Positions 1 through 10,677 of a stretch of 35,966 nt of DNA are shown piece by piece (position 1 is the stretch's first letter; each line of letters starts with the position of its first letter). The notes under the pieces are model-generated. The model made no database searches. It saw only the letters and a program-made list of their open reading frames with translations, and was not told the DNA's origin. Both the position numbers and the translations under genes were made by a program. The DNA lies in contig JADFOP010000018.1 of the NCBI GenBank assembly GCA_022562795.1, forward strand, positions 1 through 35,966. Reading direction: 5' to 3'. The DNA comes from Nitrospinota bacterium (GTDB taxonomy: Bacteria > JADFOP01).

Positions 1-243
1 AAGATTCTAATAGGATGGGGCTGATTGAGATGGGCTTCCACATGTCTCGGCTACCTTCTTATTAGAAAGTGTGACCAAAGGTGGGTCGAAGTAGGGATTT
101 AGGTCATTGGCTATAAACTGCCGCATAATCTCGGTTTAGTCAGTTAGTGCGTAATTGTATCGAGTCGAGGGGCCACTTTGTCTTGAGACTCCAAACCAGC
201 GGGATGGCAAGGGGCTTCTTCCGGATACTTAGGTCTGTATTGT

Positions 244-321
244 TCACAAGCCCATGAGAAACCAGATAACCTTAAACCACCTATTCTTGAGGCGCTTTCT
301 CTCTTGACGCACAGGCTTCAT
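244..321 (-). CDS. Putative 25-aa small protein MKPVRQERKRLKNRWFKVIWFLMGL
   Basis: ATG at 321 and TGA at 244-246; AGGAGG (330-335) 8 nt upstream; extended -10 TGaTAGAAT at 352-360 on the minus strand. Below the ORF-track size cutoff. Confidence 0.35.
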   Translation of the reverse strand: MKPVRQERKRLKNRWFKVIWFLMGL

Positions 322-332
322 TACACTATCCT
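304..332 (+). promoter_or_regulatory. Putative sigma70 promoter for the 449..1873 gene
   Basis: TTGACG (304-309), 17-bp spacer, TATCCT (327-332). Confidence 0.45.
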
Positions 333-448
333 CCTTTTGCTCGAAAAGCAAATTCTATCATTTTTCCCAATTGCTTTTTTGAGAGTTAATGAAGAAACGC
401 GAACCTGCTCCTTCCCAAAAACCTTCCCTGTAATAGGTTAAGGAGAGC

Positions 449-1873
449 ATGGCTTACCCTCTGATCATTCAAGGCGGTATGGGGGTGGGCGTCTCCAGCT
501 GGCCCCTGGCTAAGGCGGTTGCTCAAATGGGTCAAATGGGCGTTGTTTCCGGAATAGGCCTGGATGAAATTCTGGCGCGACGCCTGCAGCTTGGAGACCC
601 TGGCGGCCACCTTTGCCGAGCGATGGGACATTTCCCGGTCCCTGAAATCGCCCAGAAAGTTAGAGACAAATTTTTTGTTCAGGGAGGCAAAGCTGAAGAA
701 GAAGCCTTCAAGAGAACCCCCATGTTCACCCTAAAACCGGTCCGAGGTCTTCAGGAACTGACCGTCGTCGCCAATTTTGTGGAAGTTTTTCTTGCAAAGG
801 AAGGCCACAATGGGTTGGTGGGCATTAACTACCTCGAAAGCATCCAACTGGTCAACCTTTATTCCCTATACGGGGCCATGCTGGCGGACGTGGATTATGT
901 GCTGATGGGAGCGGGCATTCCCAGAGAAATTCCCGGGGTTTTGGACAGGCTGGCCAATCATGAAGAGGCTTCATTGCACATAAGTGTTGTAGGGGCGACA
1001 TCCGGAGATAATTTTCAACTCCGATTTAATCCCAAAGATATAATCCAGAAAGCCCTGCCCCGGTTAAAGCGACCTAAATTCCTGGGAATCATCGCGTCGG
1101 TCACGCTGGCCCAGTTCTTAGCCAAAAAAGCCACGGGAAAGGTGGATGGGTTCGTCATAGAAGGCCCCACCGCGGGGGGGCACAACGCGCCTCCAAGGGG
1201 AAAGCTTACACTTAATGAAAGGGGAGAGCCAGCTTACGGAGAACGCGATGAGGTAGACCTGGAGAAGATTACCCGTTTAGGGCTTCCTTTCTGGCTAGCA
1301 GGTTCCTATGCGGCCCCGGAGAAGTTAAAAGAGGCTCTTGAGCTAGGAGCAAAGGGAGTTCAGGTGGGAACTGCCTTTGCCTTCTGCCGAGAATCTGAGC
1401 TTTCCGAAGAAATCAAAGAAAAACTTCTAGCAAAGGCCATCCGAGGTGAAGCAGAAGTCTTTACCGACCCCAAAGCCTCCCCAACCGGTTTTCCTTTCAA
1501 AGTTGTCTCCCTTGAAGGGACTGTTTCCGAAGACAATGAATATCAGGGCCGCCCCCGAAGCTGTGACGTGGGTTACCTTAGGCATCCCTACAGGAAAGAA
1601 GATGGCGCTGTCGGGTTCCGATGCCCATCTGAACCGACCAAGGATTATGTGAAAAAGGGAGGAAACCCTACGGATGTGGAAGGCCGGAAATGCCTTTGCA
1701 ACGGATTGTTGTCCAATATAGGTTTGCCACAATTGCAAAAGAGCGGCTACCTTGAAAAGCCTCTTGTAACCGCTGGCGATGACGCTAAGTTTGTGGCCCG
1801 GTTTCTAAAAAGCGGGAACCATTCCTATTCTGCCGAAGATGTCATACGCCATCTCTTGAGTTTTTTGGAATAA
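449..1873 (+). CDS. Nitronate monooxygenase / FabK-FabX-like FMN-dependent TIM-barrel oxidoreductase
   Basis: Motifs PLIIQGGMGVGVS, MGAGIP, EGPTAGGH (catalytic His), GAKGVQVGTAF, SPTGFP; C-terminal Cys cluster; RBS AAGGAGAG upstream. Confidence 0.85.
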   Translation: MAYPLIIQGGMGVGVSSWPLAKAVAQMGQMGVVSGIGLDEILARRLQLGDPGGHLCRAMGHFPVPEIAQKVRDKFFVQGGKAEEEAFKRTPMFTLKPVRGLQELTVVANFVEVFLAKEGHNGLVGINYLESIQLVNLYSLYGAMLADVDYVLMGAGIPREIPGVLDRLANHEEASLHISVVGATSGDNFQLRFNPKDIIQKALPRLKRPKFLGIIASVTLAQFLAKKATGKVDGFVIEGPTAGGHNAPPRGKLTLNERGEPAYGERDEVDLEKITRLGLPFWLAGSYAAPEKLKEALELGAKGVQVGTAFAFCRESELSEEIKEKLLAKAIRGEAEVFTDPKASPTGFPFKVVSLEGTVSEDNEYQGRPRSCDVGYLRHPYRKEDGAVGFRCPSEPTKDYVKKGGNPTDVEGRKCLCNGLLSNIGLPQLQKSGYLEKPLVTAGDDAKFVARFLKSGNHSYSAEDVIRHLLSFLE

Positions 1874-2038
1874 CTCTGTGTAGCCTCCGAAAACATTTCC
1901 TTTCTGACCGCAAGCTCATTTACGAATTAGGCCGCTGTGCCTGGGAATCCATGAAAGCCATTCACCAGGAATCGGTATCAGGAAAGCGTACAGTGCCCAC
2001 AGGAAATAAAGGGGCGATGGGTAAGGAGGAAGACCCTG

Positions 2039-2260
2039 CTACATCTCGGATTTACTGAAGTCTTCGGGACGGAGACCTTTAAGCCATTCCTTCCATTTCT
2101 CTTTGTCGTCGTCCTTCGACTTCTGAACAGTAAGATCTATCGAAGGCCCCTCATCGAGAACCTTCTTGGCCACTAAAATGGGTGCATTGACCCGGAGGGC
2201 CAAGGCGATCGCATCAGAGGGCCTCGAGTCGATGGCCACCTCGTTGTCATTGAAGGACAA
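2039..2260 (-). pseudogene. C-terminal fragment of a bifunctional nuclease (DUF151) family gene
   Basis: IDSRPSDAIALALRVNAPI signature and a W..L..L.PEDF tail; in-frame stop three codons upstream, so the N-terminal half is absent. Confidence 0.75.
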
Positions 2261-2303
2261 AAGGATTTAATTCGCCATAATGTAAGCTCGGCACTCCAGC
2301 CCT

Positions 2304-3155
2304 TCAAGAAGGCGAAGGGTGGGCGGCAAGGAGGCACCGGACCGGCATGCTCCCAGCCACAGACACCCGAAGGCCTCCTCCGGGCTTTACCACGAGATCT
2401 GCGGCGGCCACTCGCCCATTCACCACGAGCGTATAGGTGCGACCGGGGTCCAATCCAGCCAAGACGATGGTGCGCCGCGCGGCCGTCCGGCTGGCTACGA
2501 GCCCGATGAGAAGCACCTCTTCGCTCGGGTCGTAGACGGCCTGGATGACGTCCATCTCGCCCCCCTCCACTGCTTTAAGGTGGGGGCCGTCCCAAGCCTC
2601 GGCAGGCCGCGCAATGGTGAAGAGGGCCTTCAGTCCCCCGGGCGGGGTAAGCCGGGCCAGGAATGCGACGGCGTGAAGCAGAGGGGAGAGGTCCCGGTAC
2701 GTTCGTCGCCCTCCTCGCCACCGGGGGCGATAGCGGGCCTCGATGGTCTCCAGGAGCTCTCTGGCAACGGTTTCGTCTCCCATCTCTCGAGCCGCGAGCA
2801 GGGCGAAGACCGCATGGCTTGCGGAGCTCAGCCGCATGTTTCCCACATCGACACGCTCATAGAGGGGTGCGCGAAGCACTCCGGTTGGACCATCTTGCAC
2901 AGAGCCGAACACCCGGGGCCTATAGAGCGCGTACAAGCGCCGAGCCTCGTCCGGAAGGAGCCCATTGAGAGTGGCGATCGACCATCCGTCGCCGAGGACG
3001 AGGTGAAAGGGGAGCGTGCGGCCGACCTTAGGGTAGTAAGGGTAGCGGAGGGTAGGCTCATCGCCATCGCTTCGGAAGAGTTTCATGTAGGAGTGGGTGT
3101 AAAGGGGGACGACCTCCCGGAGGGCCGGGTCGCCCAGAAGCCTCGAGCCGAGCAG
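2304..3155 (-). CDS. C-terminal part of an Ldi/Lis-family protein (partial, starts at the assembly gap)
   Basis: Begins LLGSRLLGDPALREVVPLYTHSY, which aligns with LLGSRLLAAPDLKAAVPMYTKAY at the end of the Ldi domain in 3393..4463; LLAAREMGD helical segment. Confidence 0.6.
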   Translation of the reverse strand: MLGSRLLGDPALREVVPLYTHSYMKLFRSDGDEPTLRYPYYPKVGRTLPFHLVLGDGWSIATLNGLLPDEARRLYALYRPRVFGSVQDGPTGVLRAPLYERVDVGNMRLSSASHAVFALLAAREMGDETVARELLETIEARYRPRWRGGRRTYRDLSPLLHAVAFLARLTPPGGLKALFTIARPAEAWDGPHLKAVEGGEMDVIQAVYDPSEEVLLIGLVASRTAARRTIVLAGLDPGRTYTLVVNGRVAAADLVVKPGGGLRVSVAGSMPVRCLLAAHPSPS

Positions 3156-3156
3156 T

Positions 3157-3166
3157 NNNNNNNNNN
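3157..3166. other. Scaffold gap (10 N)
   Basis: Run of N in the sequence. Confidence 0.99.
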
Positions 3167-3236
3167 TTCCCACCGGCACCGAACCCGTCTGCGGTCAGCT
3201 CCATCGAGATTTTAGATCAAAGCCCGATCATCAGAT

Positions 3237-3269
3237 CGACCACGATACGACCACGACCACGACCACGAC
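3237..3269. repeat. Short hexamer tandem repeat (CGACCA)n, about 5 imperfect units
   Basis: cgaccacgatacgaccacgaccacgaccacgac. Confidence 0.7.
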
Positions 3270-3293
3270 TATCAAGGTCCGATGTTCCTCTCG

Positions 3294-3395
3294 CTAGCCT
3301 TCACGCGCGAGACGCTCGCGCAACGCATCGGGCTCGACGGAGTACTTAAATGCCTTGCGACCGTTGACGAACAACACTGGGATCTGCTCGCCGTA
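3294..3395 (-). other. C-terminal fragment of a glutaredoxin-like (DUF836-type) gene joined in frame to the Ldi ORF
   Basis: YGEQIPVLFVNGRKAFKYSVEPDALRERL resembles the cis-Pro IPVL..NG C-terminal half of glutaredoxin-like proteins; no CxxC half is present. Confidence 0.55.
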
Positions 3396-4463
3396 GGCTT
3401 TGGTGTACATCGGGACGGCCGCCTTGAGGTCCGGGGCGGCCAGCAGCCGTGAGCCGAGCAGAAGCGACAGCGCTGCGTGGTTGTTGCACATGACGAAGGC
3501 CTGGTGGGGCTCACAGGTTAGGGCGTGCCAGGGGTTGGTACGAAACTGATGGGCGAGCCGCTCCAACAGGGACCTGTAGGAATAAGCGGCCACGGGTTGG
3601 TCGTCCTTGACGAACGCCAGGCGCTCGCCGCTTTGGTAAAGGGGGCGCCCTTCCAGGAGGCCGGCCAGCCCTGCCATTGAGGCGAGATGACCTGAGTACA
3701 TCACATTGCCCTCGGCCACAGGGTCTTCCGTCCATCGACCGAAGTTCGCCAGCGACTCCCACTTCCAGTAGCCCCAGACGTCGGGGTGGAGCATCTTCTC
3801 GACGAGGTCCTGGAGCGCCTGGGGGATGGGGCTTCGGTAGGCCGGGAGCTTCGCAACTTGGGCTTGAGCAAGGGCGTAGGCGGCAAAGGCGAGCTGGTAG
3901 CGCAACGCCGTCTGGCCGAACTGCTCAAGGCGGTAGAAGCCCTCCCACTCCCCTAGGGGTTGGGTTGCTATTGCCATCCACCACCGGAGGTGTCCGAGTT
4001 CGTTGATGCCAAGCCTCGGAGCGGCGGCCGGGTCGATGGTGCGGGGACCCGCTGGCTCGTTCCACCTTACAACTTCCAGGGGCGGCCCGGCCGGTGGCCC
4101 GGCCCGGGGTCTAAGGGCGGTGCCAGGAGCCTCGGGGACTGACCAGGCGAGGTGAAAGACGACGAGGCCCGCCGCGGCAATGCTCAATAAACCCATCATC
4201 CACCGAAGGCGCCGTCTGGGCCACGGCGGCCGACGCCTGGCCCGTCGCCGGGCGCCGATCGCCGCTAGCAACAGCCCTAGACACCATAATAGTGGTGTAG
4301 TCACGTACCCGTAGAAGACCATTGTTGCCAGCAGCGAAGCTACCGTTGCGATGATTAAGGTGAGGCCCAGAAGGGGTTGGCCTACGATGAGGCTTCCCAG
4401 GCCCGGCCAGAGAGCCGACAGGAATAGAGCGACACCCAGGCGTGATGCTCTTTGAGGCGACAT
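3393..4463 (-). CDS. Membrane-anchored linalool dehydratase/isomerase (Ldi/Lis) family protein, N-terminal part
   Basis: DPVAEGNVMYSGHL and TCEPHQAFVMCNNHAALSL match the Ldi motifs DP...NIMY.GHL and CEP..(Y/F)..CN; about 4 hydrophobic N-terminal segments; likely ATG 4463 preceded by GGAG. Confidence 0.75.
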
Positions 4464-4508
4464 GGAACATCTCCGGGAAGAGGGCAAAAGCCGTAGCGGC
4501 AGGCCCCC

Positions 4509-4537
4509 ATTATGGTATGGCCCCGCCGGAGGGTCAA
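4509..4537 (-). promoter_or_regulatory. Putative sigma70 promoter of the Ldi-family gene
   Basis: Minus strand TTGACC, 17-bp spacer, CATAAT. Confidence 0.6.
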
Positions 4538-4578
4538 TATTAAGAAATTCCCGGAAAAGGCAAGAGTCGGCATCATCC

Positions 4579-4607
4579 TTGACCACCTCCAAGCCCTCTG
4601 CTAGAAT
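4579..4607 (+). promoter_or_regulatory. Sigma70 promoter of ntrB-ntrC
   Basis: TTGACC (4579-4584), 17-bp spacer, TAGAAT (4602-4607) with an extended -10 TG. Confidence 0.7.
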
Positions 4608-4611
4608 GCAC

Positions 4612-4628
4612 TGCCTATTTTTGAGGCA
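4612..4628. promoter_or_regulatory. NtrC-type operator overlapping the predicted +1
   Basis: 17-bp TGCCT-ATTTTTG-AGGCA, with the TGC-N11-GCA, AT-rich-core geometry of NtrC boxes. Confidence 0.65.
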
Positions 4629-4671
4629 GTCTCCGTATCTGGCAGCCTCTCCAGGGGGTTACAGACACCCT

Positions 4672-5783
4672 ATGAGCCCTGAAGCCCACCGGCCCGAGCT
4701 TTCAGCGGAAGACATCCTCGCGACGATGCCAGATGGGATGGCCCTCGTGGATGTGAACCTAACTCTCCTCGAAGTAAACCCCGCTATGGAGGTCATGGTG
4801 GGCCTCTCCCGCTCCCGCCTGGTGGGCCAACCCCTCAAGAAGCTCTTCCCGCTGGACGAGCGCCTCCCGGCCCTGGCGGAACGTTGCCTCTCGACGGGCC
4901 GGACGGCCAACGACTTCGAGCGCCCGCTGGCCCGGTCTGGCCACCCCCCTGAGACCGTCTGGGTCACTGCCACCCCCTTGCTCGACAAAGCCGGCTCGCC
5001 GGAGGGGGTTCTCCTCGTGGTGCGGGACTTCGGCAAGCTCCACTCCTTTCAAGAGCAGATGCGCAGGGCCGACCGGCTCTCCTCTTTGGGGGTCCTGGCG
5101 GCCGGCCTGGCCCACGAGATTCGAAACCCCTTGGGAGGTATTAAGGGGGCCGCCCAGCTATTGGCCCAGGAAAACCCTTCCGCCCGCGAGTACGTCGACA
5201 TCGTTGTCCGGGAGGCTGAGCGGATCGACGACCTCATGAGCCAGCTCCTTGCTCTTGCCCGCCCAACGACCCTCTCTTTGACTCGCATCAACATCCACCA
5301 GCTACTGGACGACGTCCTCACCCTCCAGCGGGAGACAGTCGGGGGGGGGGAGGTTCGCTTCGAGCAGCTCTACGACCCAAGCATCCCCCCCCTAGAGGCC
5401 GACCCTGACCAACTCACCCAGGTCCTACTCAACCTGATGAAGAACGCCATGGAGGTCTCTCCTTCTGGGGGAACGGTCAAGATCACCACTCGGATGGCAA
5501 CGGAGCTTGCAATTCCCGCCTCGACCCCCGGTGGCCGGGCCATCCCGTTTGTCTGCATCGAGGTGGCCGACACGGGCCCCGGCATCGCGCCGGACGTCAA
5601 GGAGCGCATCTTCACCCCATTCTTCACGACCAAAACCGACGGGTCGGGTCTCGGCCTCAGTGTGGCAAACGGCATCGTTGAGCTACACGGGGGCAGGTTG
5701 GAGCTTACCAACGGTCCCGAGGGCGGCGCCGTGGCCCGATGCTATCTGCCCATTGAGCAGCCCACTCCGATGAGGGAAGCGCC

Positions 5784-5787
<4 letters not shown>
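4672..5787 (+). CDS. ntrB: NtrB/GlnL-type PAS sensor histidine kinase
   Basis: PAS domain; H-box LAAGLAHEIRNPLGGIKGAAQLL; YDPSIP; N, G1, F, G2 boxes; no TM segment. ATG 4672 preferred because it lies downstream of the promoter. Confidence 0.85.
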
Positions 5788-7238
<1,451 letters not shown>

Positions 7239-7258
7239 CCGCCTTCGTGGGGCGGCCC

Positions 7259-7274
7259 TGGCACAGGTCTTGCA
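7259..7274 (+). promoter_or_regulatory. Sigma54 (-24/-12) promoter upstream of glmU
   Basis: TGGCAC-AGGTC-TTGCA with exact GG-N10-GC spacing, intergenic. Confidence 0.7.
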
Positions 7275-7406
7275 CAAGTATCCGGGTTATGAGACTATCG
7301 GATTCGACAATAATGATCTGGCAGGAAACGCGGCCCATCAGGTCATTGTTGCCGCAATATATATATACGGTGCCTATTTGCTACCCCTCGGCCAGGAGCG
7401 TGTAGG

Positions 7407-8834
7407 ATGCCACGAACCGCAGTTGTAATTCTCGCCGCCGGAAAAGGGACCCGGTTGCGCTCTGAGCGCCCCAAGGTGCTCTTCCCGCTCTGCGGCCGGC
7501 CCATGCTGACATACGTGCTCCAGACAGCGGCGGCCCTGGAGCCGGCCGAGACGGTGGTCGTCATCAGCCCCGATGCCGACGATGTCGCCGCCCTCTGCGA
7601 GGGCTGGCCGGCCACCACTACCGTCGTCCAGGAGCGCCAGCTCGGGACGGGCCACGCCGTGCTTCAGGCGCGACAGCGGCTTGAGCGCTTCGGCGGAGAC
7701 CTTGTCATCCTCTCCGGCGACACGCCGCTGCTTGGGGACGAGACGGCCCGCGCGCTGCTGGAGGCCCACCGCCGGGAGGGGGCGGCCCTCACCTGTCTCA
7801 CCATGACGCCCCCCGATCCCGCCGGCTACGGTCGCATCAAAAGAGACGGGAACGGTAGAATGGTTGGAATCGTCGAGGAGCGGGACGCCGGAGAGGCCGA
7901 GCAGGCCCTCACCGAAGTCAACGGCGGGATCTACTGCGCCGACCCCGCGGTCCTCTTCCCGGCCCTTGAGGAGCTCCGGCCCGACAACGTCCAGGGCGAG
8001 TACTACCTCACGGACGTCGTCGGCGCTGTGGTGGCCAAGGGGTTGACCGTGGTCGGCCACCGGGCCCCCAGATGGCCCGAGGCCCTGGGGATCAACAGCC
8101 GGGCCGAGCTCGCCCAGGTGACCCGCTTCATGCGGGAGCGGATCAACGCCCGGCACATGGAGGCCGGCGTGACCTTCATCGATCCTGGGGCGGCCTACGT
8201 CGACGACACGGTGGCCATTGGCCCGGATACGGTCATCCACCCCCAGGTTCATTTATGGGGGGAGACGACGCTGGGGCGAGCCTGCGAGCTGTGGCCCGGC
8301 GTCCACATAATCGACAGCCGTCTCGGCGATGAGGTCCTCGTCAAAGACAGCTCCCTTATAACCGACAGCGAGGTCGGCTCGCAGGTCCAGATCGGCCCGT
8401 GCGCCCATCTGAGGCCCGAGGTCATCTTGCGCGACGGCGTGAAGATAGGCAACTTCGTGGAGCTTAAGAAGACCGAGATGGGAGCCGGCAGCAAGGCCAA
8501 CCACCTGGCCTACATCGGCGACGCCACCGTCGGGGAAGGGGCCAACATCGGGGCCGGGACCATCACCTGCAACTACGACGGCATCCAAAAGCACCGAACC
8601 ATCATCGAGGACGGGGCCTTCATCGGCTCCGATACACAGCTGGTGGCGCCCGTCCGAGTGGGCCGGGGCGCCATCGTGGCCGCAGGCTCCACCGTGACCG
8701 AGGACGTCCCGCCGTACGCCCTGGCCATCTCCCGCGCCCCCCAAACCAATAAGGAGGAGTGGGCCCACAAGCACTGGGCCAAGCGGGACGAACTCAAGGC
8801 CAAGACCAAGAAGTCGCCGCAAGAGGAGGACTAG
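7407..8834 (+). CDS. glmU: Bifunctional UDP-GlcNAc pyrophosphorylase / GlcN-1-P acetyltransferase
   Basis: [24 protein letters not shown], hexapeptide repeats, [19 protein letters not shown]. Confidence 0.97.
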   Translation: MPRTAVVILAAGKGTRLRSERPKVLFPLCGRPMLTYVLQTAAALEPAETVVVISPDADDVAALCEGWPATTTVVQERQLGTGHAVLQARQRLERFGGDLVILSGDTPLLGDETARALLEAHRREGAALTCLTMTPPDPAGYGRIKRDGNGRMVGIVEERDAGEAEQALTEVNGGIYCADPAVLFPALEELRPDNVQGEYYLTDVVGAVVAKGLTVVGHRAPRWPEALGINSRAELAQVTRFMRERINARHMEAGVTFIDPGAAYVDDTVAIGPDTVIHPQVHLWGETTLGRACELWPGVHIIDSRLGDEVLVKDSSLITDSEVGSQVQIGPCAHLRPEVILRDGVKIGNFVELKKTEMGAGSKANHLAYIGDATVGEGANIGAGTITCNYDGIQKHRTIIEDGAFIGSDTQLVAPVRVGRGAIVAAGSTVTEDVPPYALAISRAPQTNKEEWAHKHWAKRDELKAKTKKSPQEED

Positions 8835-8838
8835 GTCC

Positions 8839-10662
8839 GTGTGCGGGATTATCGGCTATGTCGGCCATCGGGAGGCGGTCCCCGTGCTGGTCGAGGGACT
8901 GAAGCGTCTCGAGTACCGGGGGTACGACTCGGCGGGGATCGCGATGCTCTCCAACGGCGCCCTGGCCGTCCGCCGATGCAAGGGCAAGGTCCGGCAGCTC
9001 GAAGAGCTCCTCGAGGGCGAGACCATCTCCGGGACCGTCGGCATCGGCCACACCCGCTGGGCCACGCACGGGCGGCCATCGGAGGAGAACGCCCACCCCC
9101 ACCGGGCCGGCGGCATCGTCGTGGTCCACAACGGCATCATCGAGAACTACCTCACCCTGAAGCACGCCCTGGAGGCCGAGGGGCGCCTCTTCACGTCTGA
9201 GACCGACACCGAGGTAATCGCCCACCTGATTGATCGGGCGTTTACCGGAAACCTCGAAACGGCCGTTCGCCAGGCCCTGAAAGAGGTCCAGGGGGCCTAC
9301 TCCATTGCGGTCATAGCCGAGGGGGACCCGGACAAGACCGTGGTCGCCCGAATGGCGAGCCCTCTAGTGGTCGGCCTCGGCGAGGGCGAGTACTTCATGG
9401 CCAGCGACATACCCGCCATCCTACACCACACCAGGGAGGTCCTCTTTTTAGACGACGGCGAGGTGGCCACTGCCACCCGCGATGGAGTGACCATCACCAC
9501 CCTCGACGGGACCCCCGTCACCAAAGAAGTGAAGCAGATTCTCTGGAACCCCATCATGGCCGAGAAGGGTGGCTACAAGCACTTCATGCTCAAGGAGATA
9601 TTCGAGCAGCCACGGGCCATTTGGGACACCTTTGGGAGCCGGCTCTCCCAGGAGACCGGCTCGGTTGTGCTCCACGAACTCAATCTCCCTGTCGAGGAGG
9701 TGGCCCGAATACGGAAGGTCGTCATCGTGGCCTGCGGGACGAGCTACCACGCCGCGTTAGTGGGTAAGTATTTGCTGGAGAGGGTCTGCGGTCTTCCGGT
9801 AGAGGCGGACATCGCCAGTGAATTCCGCTACCGGGACCCCCTGGCGGACGAGACGACCCTGGGGATCTTCATCTCTCAGTCGGGCGAGACGGCCGATACG
9901 CTGGCCGCCGTGCGCGAGGCCAAGGGGAAGGGCACCCGCGTGATCTCGATTTGCAACGTTATGGAGAGCTCCATACCCCGCGAGAGCGACGGCGTTCTCT
10001 ACACCCACGCCGGGCCTGAGATCGGCGTGGCATCGTCCAAGGCCTTCACCTCCCAGCTTACGGCCCTTTACCTGCTGAGCATCTATCTGGGACGGGCCCT
10101 GGGGCGGCTGAGCGAGGAGGCGGGACGCGAGATGATTCAGGCCCTTGTGAAGGTGCCGAAGCAGGTCGAGGAGATATTGGAGCAGGACGTTCTCTACCAG
10201 GTGCTCGCCCGTCACTACGCCGACCGCTCAGACTTCCTCTACCTGGGCCGGGGGATCAACTACCCCATAGCCCTGGAAGGGGCACTGAAGCTCAAGGAGA
10301 TATCCTACATCCACGCCGAGGGCTACCCGGCAGGGGAGATGAAGCACGGCCCCATCGCGCTCATTGATGAGTCTATGCCGGTGGTGGTGCTCGCCCCGCA
10401 GGACGCGGTCTACGAGAAGATGCTCGGCAACATCGAAGAGGTCAAGACCCGAGACGGCATCGTCATCGCCTTCACCAACGCGGGCAATAAGGAGCTGGCG
10501 GCCGTGGTCGATCACATCTTCACCGTCCCCGACACCACGCCGCTTCTGATGCCCATCCTGCTCAGCGTCCCCATGCAGCTCATCGCCTACCACATCGGGG
10601 TCCGCCGCGGCTGCGACGTGGACCAGCCCCGCAACCTCGCCAAGAGCGTGACGGTGGAGTAG
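8839..10662 (+). CDS. glmS: Glutamine--fructose-6-phosphate aminotransferase
   Basis: MCGIIG start, [29 protein letters not shown]-terminal [13 protein letters not shown]. Confidence 0.98.
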   Translation: MCGIIGYVGHREAVPVLVEGLKRLEYRGYDSAGIAMLSNGALAVRRCKGKVRQLEELLEGETISGTVGIGHTRWATHGRPSEENAHPHRAGGIVVVHNGIIENYLTLKHALEAEGRLFTSETDTEVIAHLIDRAFTGNLETAVRQALKEVQGAYSIAVIAEGDPDKTVVARMASPLVVGLGEGEYFMASDIPAILHHTREVLFLDDGEVATATRDGVTITTLDGTPVTKEVKQILWNPIMAEKGGYKHFMLKEIFEQPRAIWDTFGSRLSQETGSVVLHELNLPVEEVARIRKVVIVACGTSYHAALVGKYLLERVCGLPVEADIASEFRYRDPLADETTLGIFISQSGETADTLAAVREAKGKGTRVISICNVMESSIPRESDGVLYTHAGPEIGVASSKAFTSQLTALYLLSIYLGRALGRLSEEAGREMIQALVKVPKQVEEILEQDVLYQVLARHYADRSDFLYLGRGINYPIALEGALKLKEISYIHAEGYPAGEMKHGPIALIDESMPVVVLAPQDAVYEKMLGNIEEVKTRDGIVIAFTNAGNKELAAVVDHIFTVPDTTPLLMPILLSVPMQLIAYHIGVRRGCDVDQPRNLAKSVTVE

Positions 10663-10677
10663 CAACTCCCGTCATCG

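Noticed and set aside
3237-3269. Phase-variation role for the (CGACCA)n tract
   Set aside because: Intergenic, downstream of a gene end and beside an assembly gap; no linked promoter or ORF.
3294-4592. Genuine Ldi-glutaredoxin fusion with a start at 4592
   Set aside because: The tail is only half a glutaredoxin beside a gap, the rest of the Ldi-type protein lies across the gap, and the 5' extension runs through two promoters.
4462-4671. 70-aa N-terminal extension of NtrB
   Set aside because: Covers the promoter and operator region; ATG 4672 gives a normal PAS-first NtrB.
7285-7406. glmS ribozyme, glutamine riboswitch or ANTAR tandem hairpins
   Set aside because: No AGCGCC..GACGAGG ribozyme core, no glnA-motif pattern and no paired hexaloop hairpins recognisable by eye.
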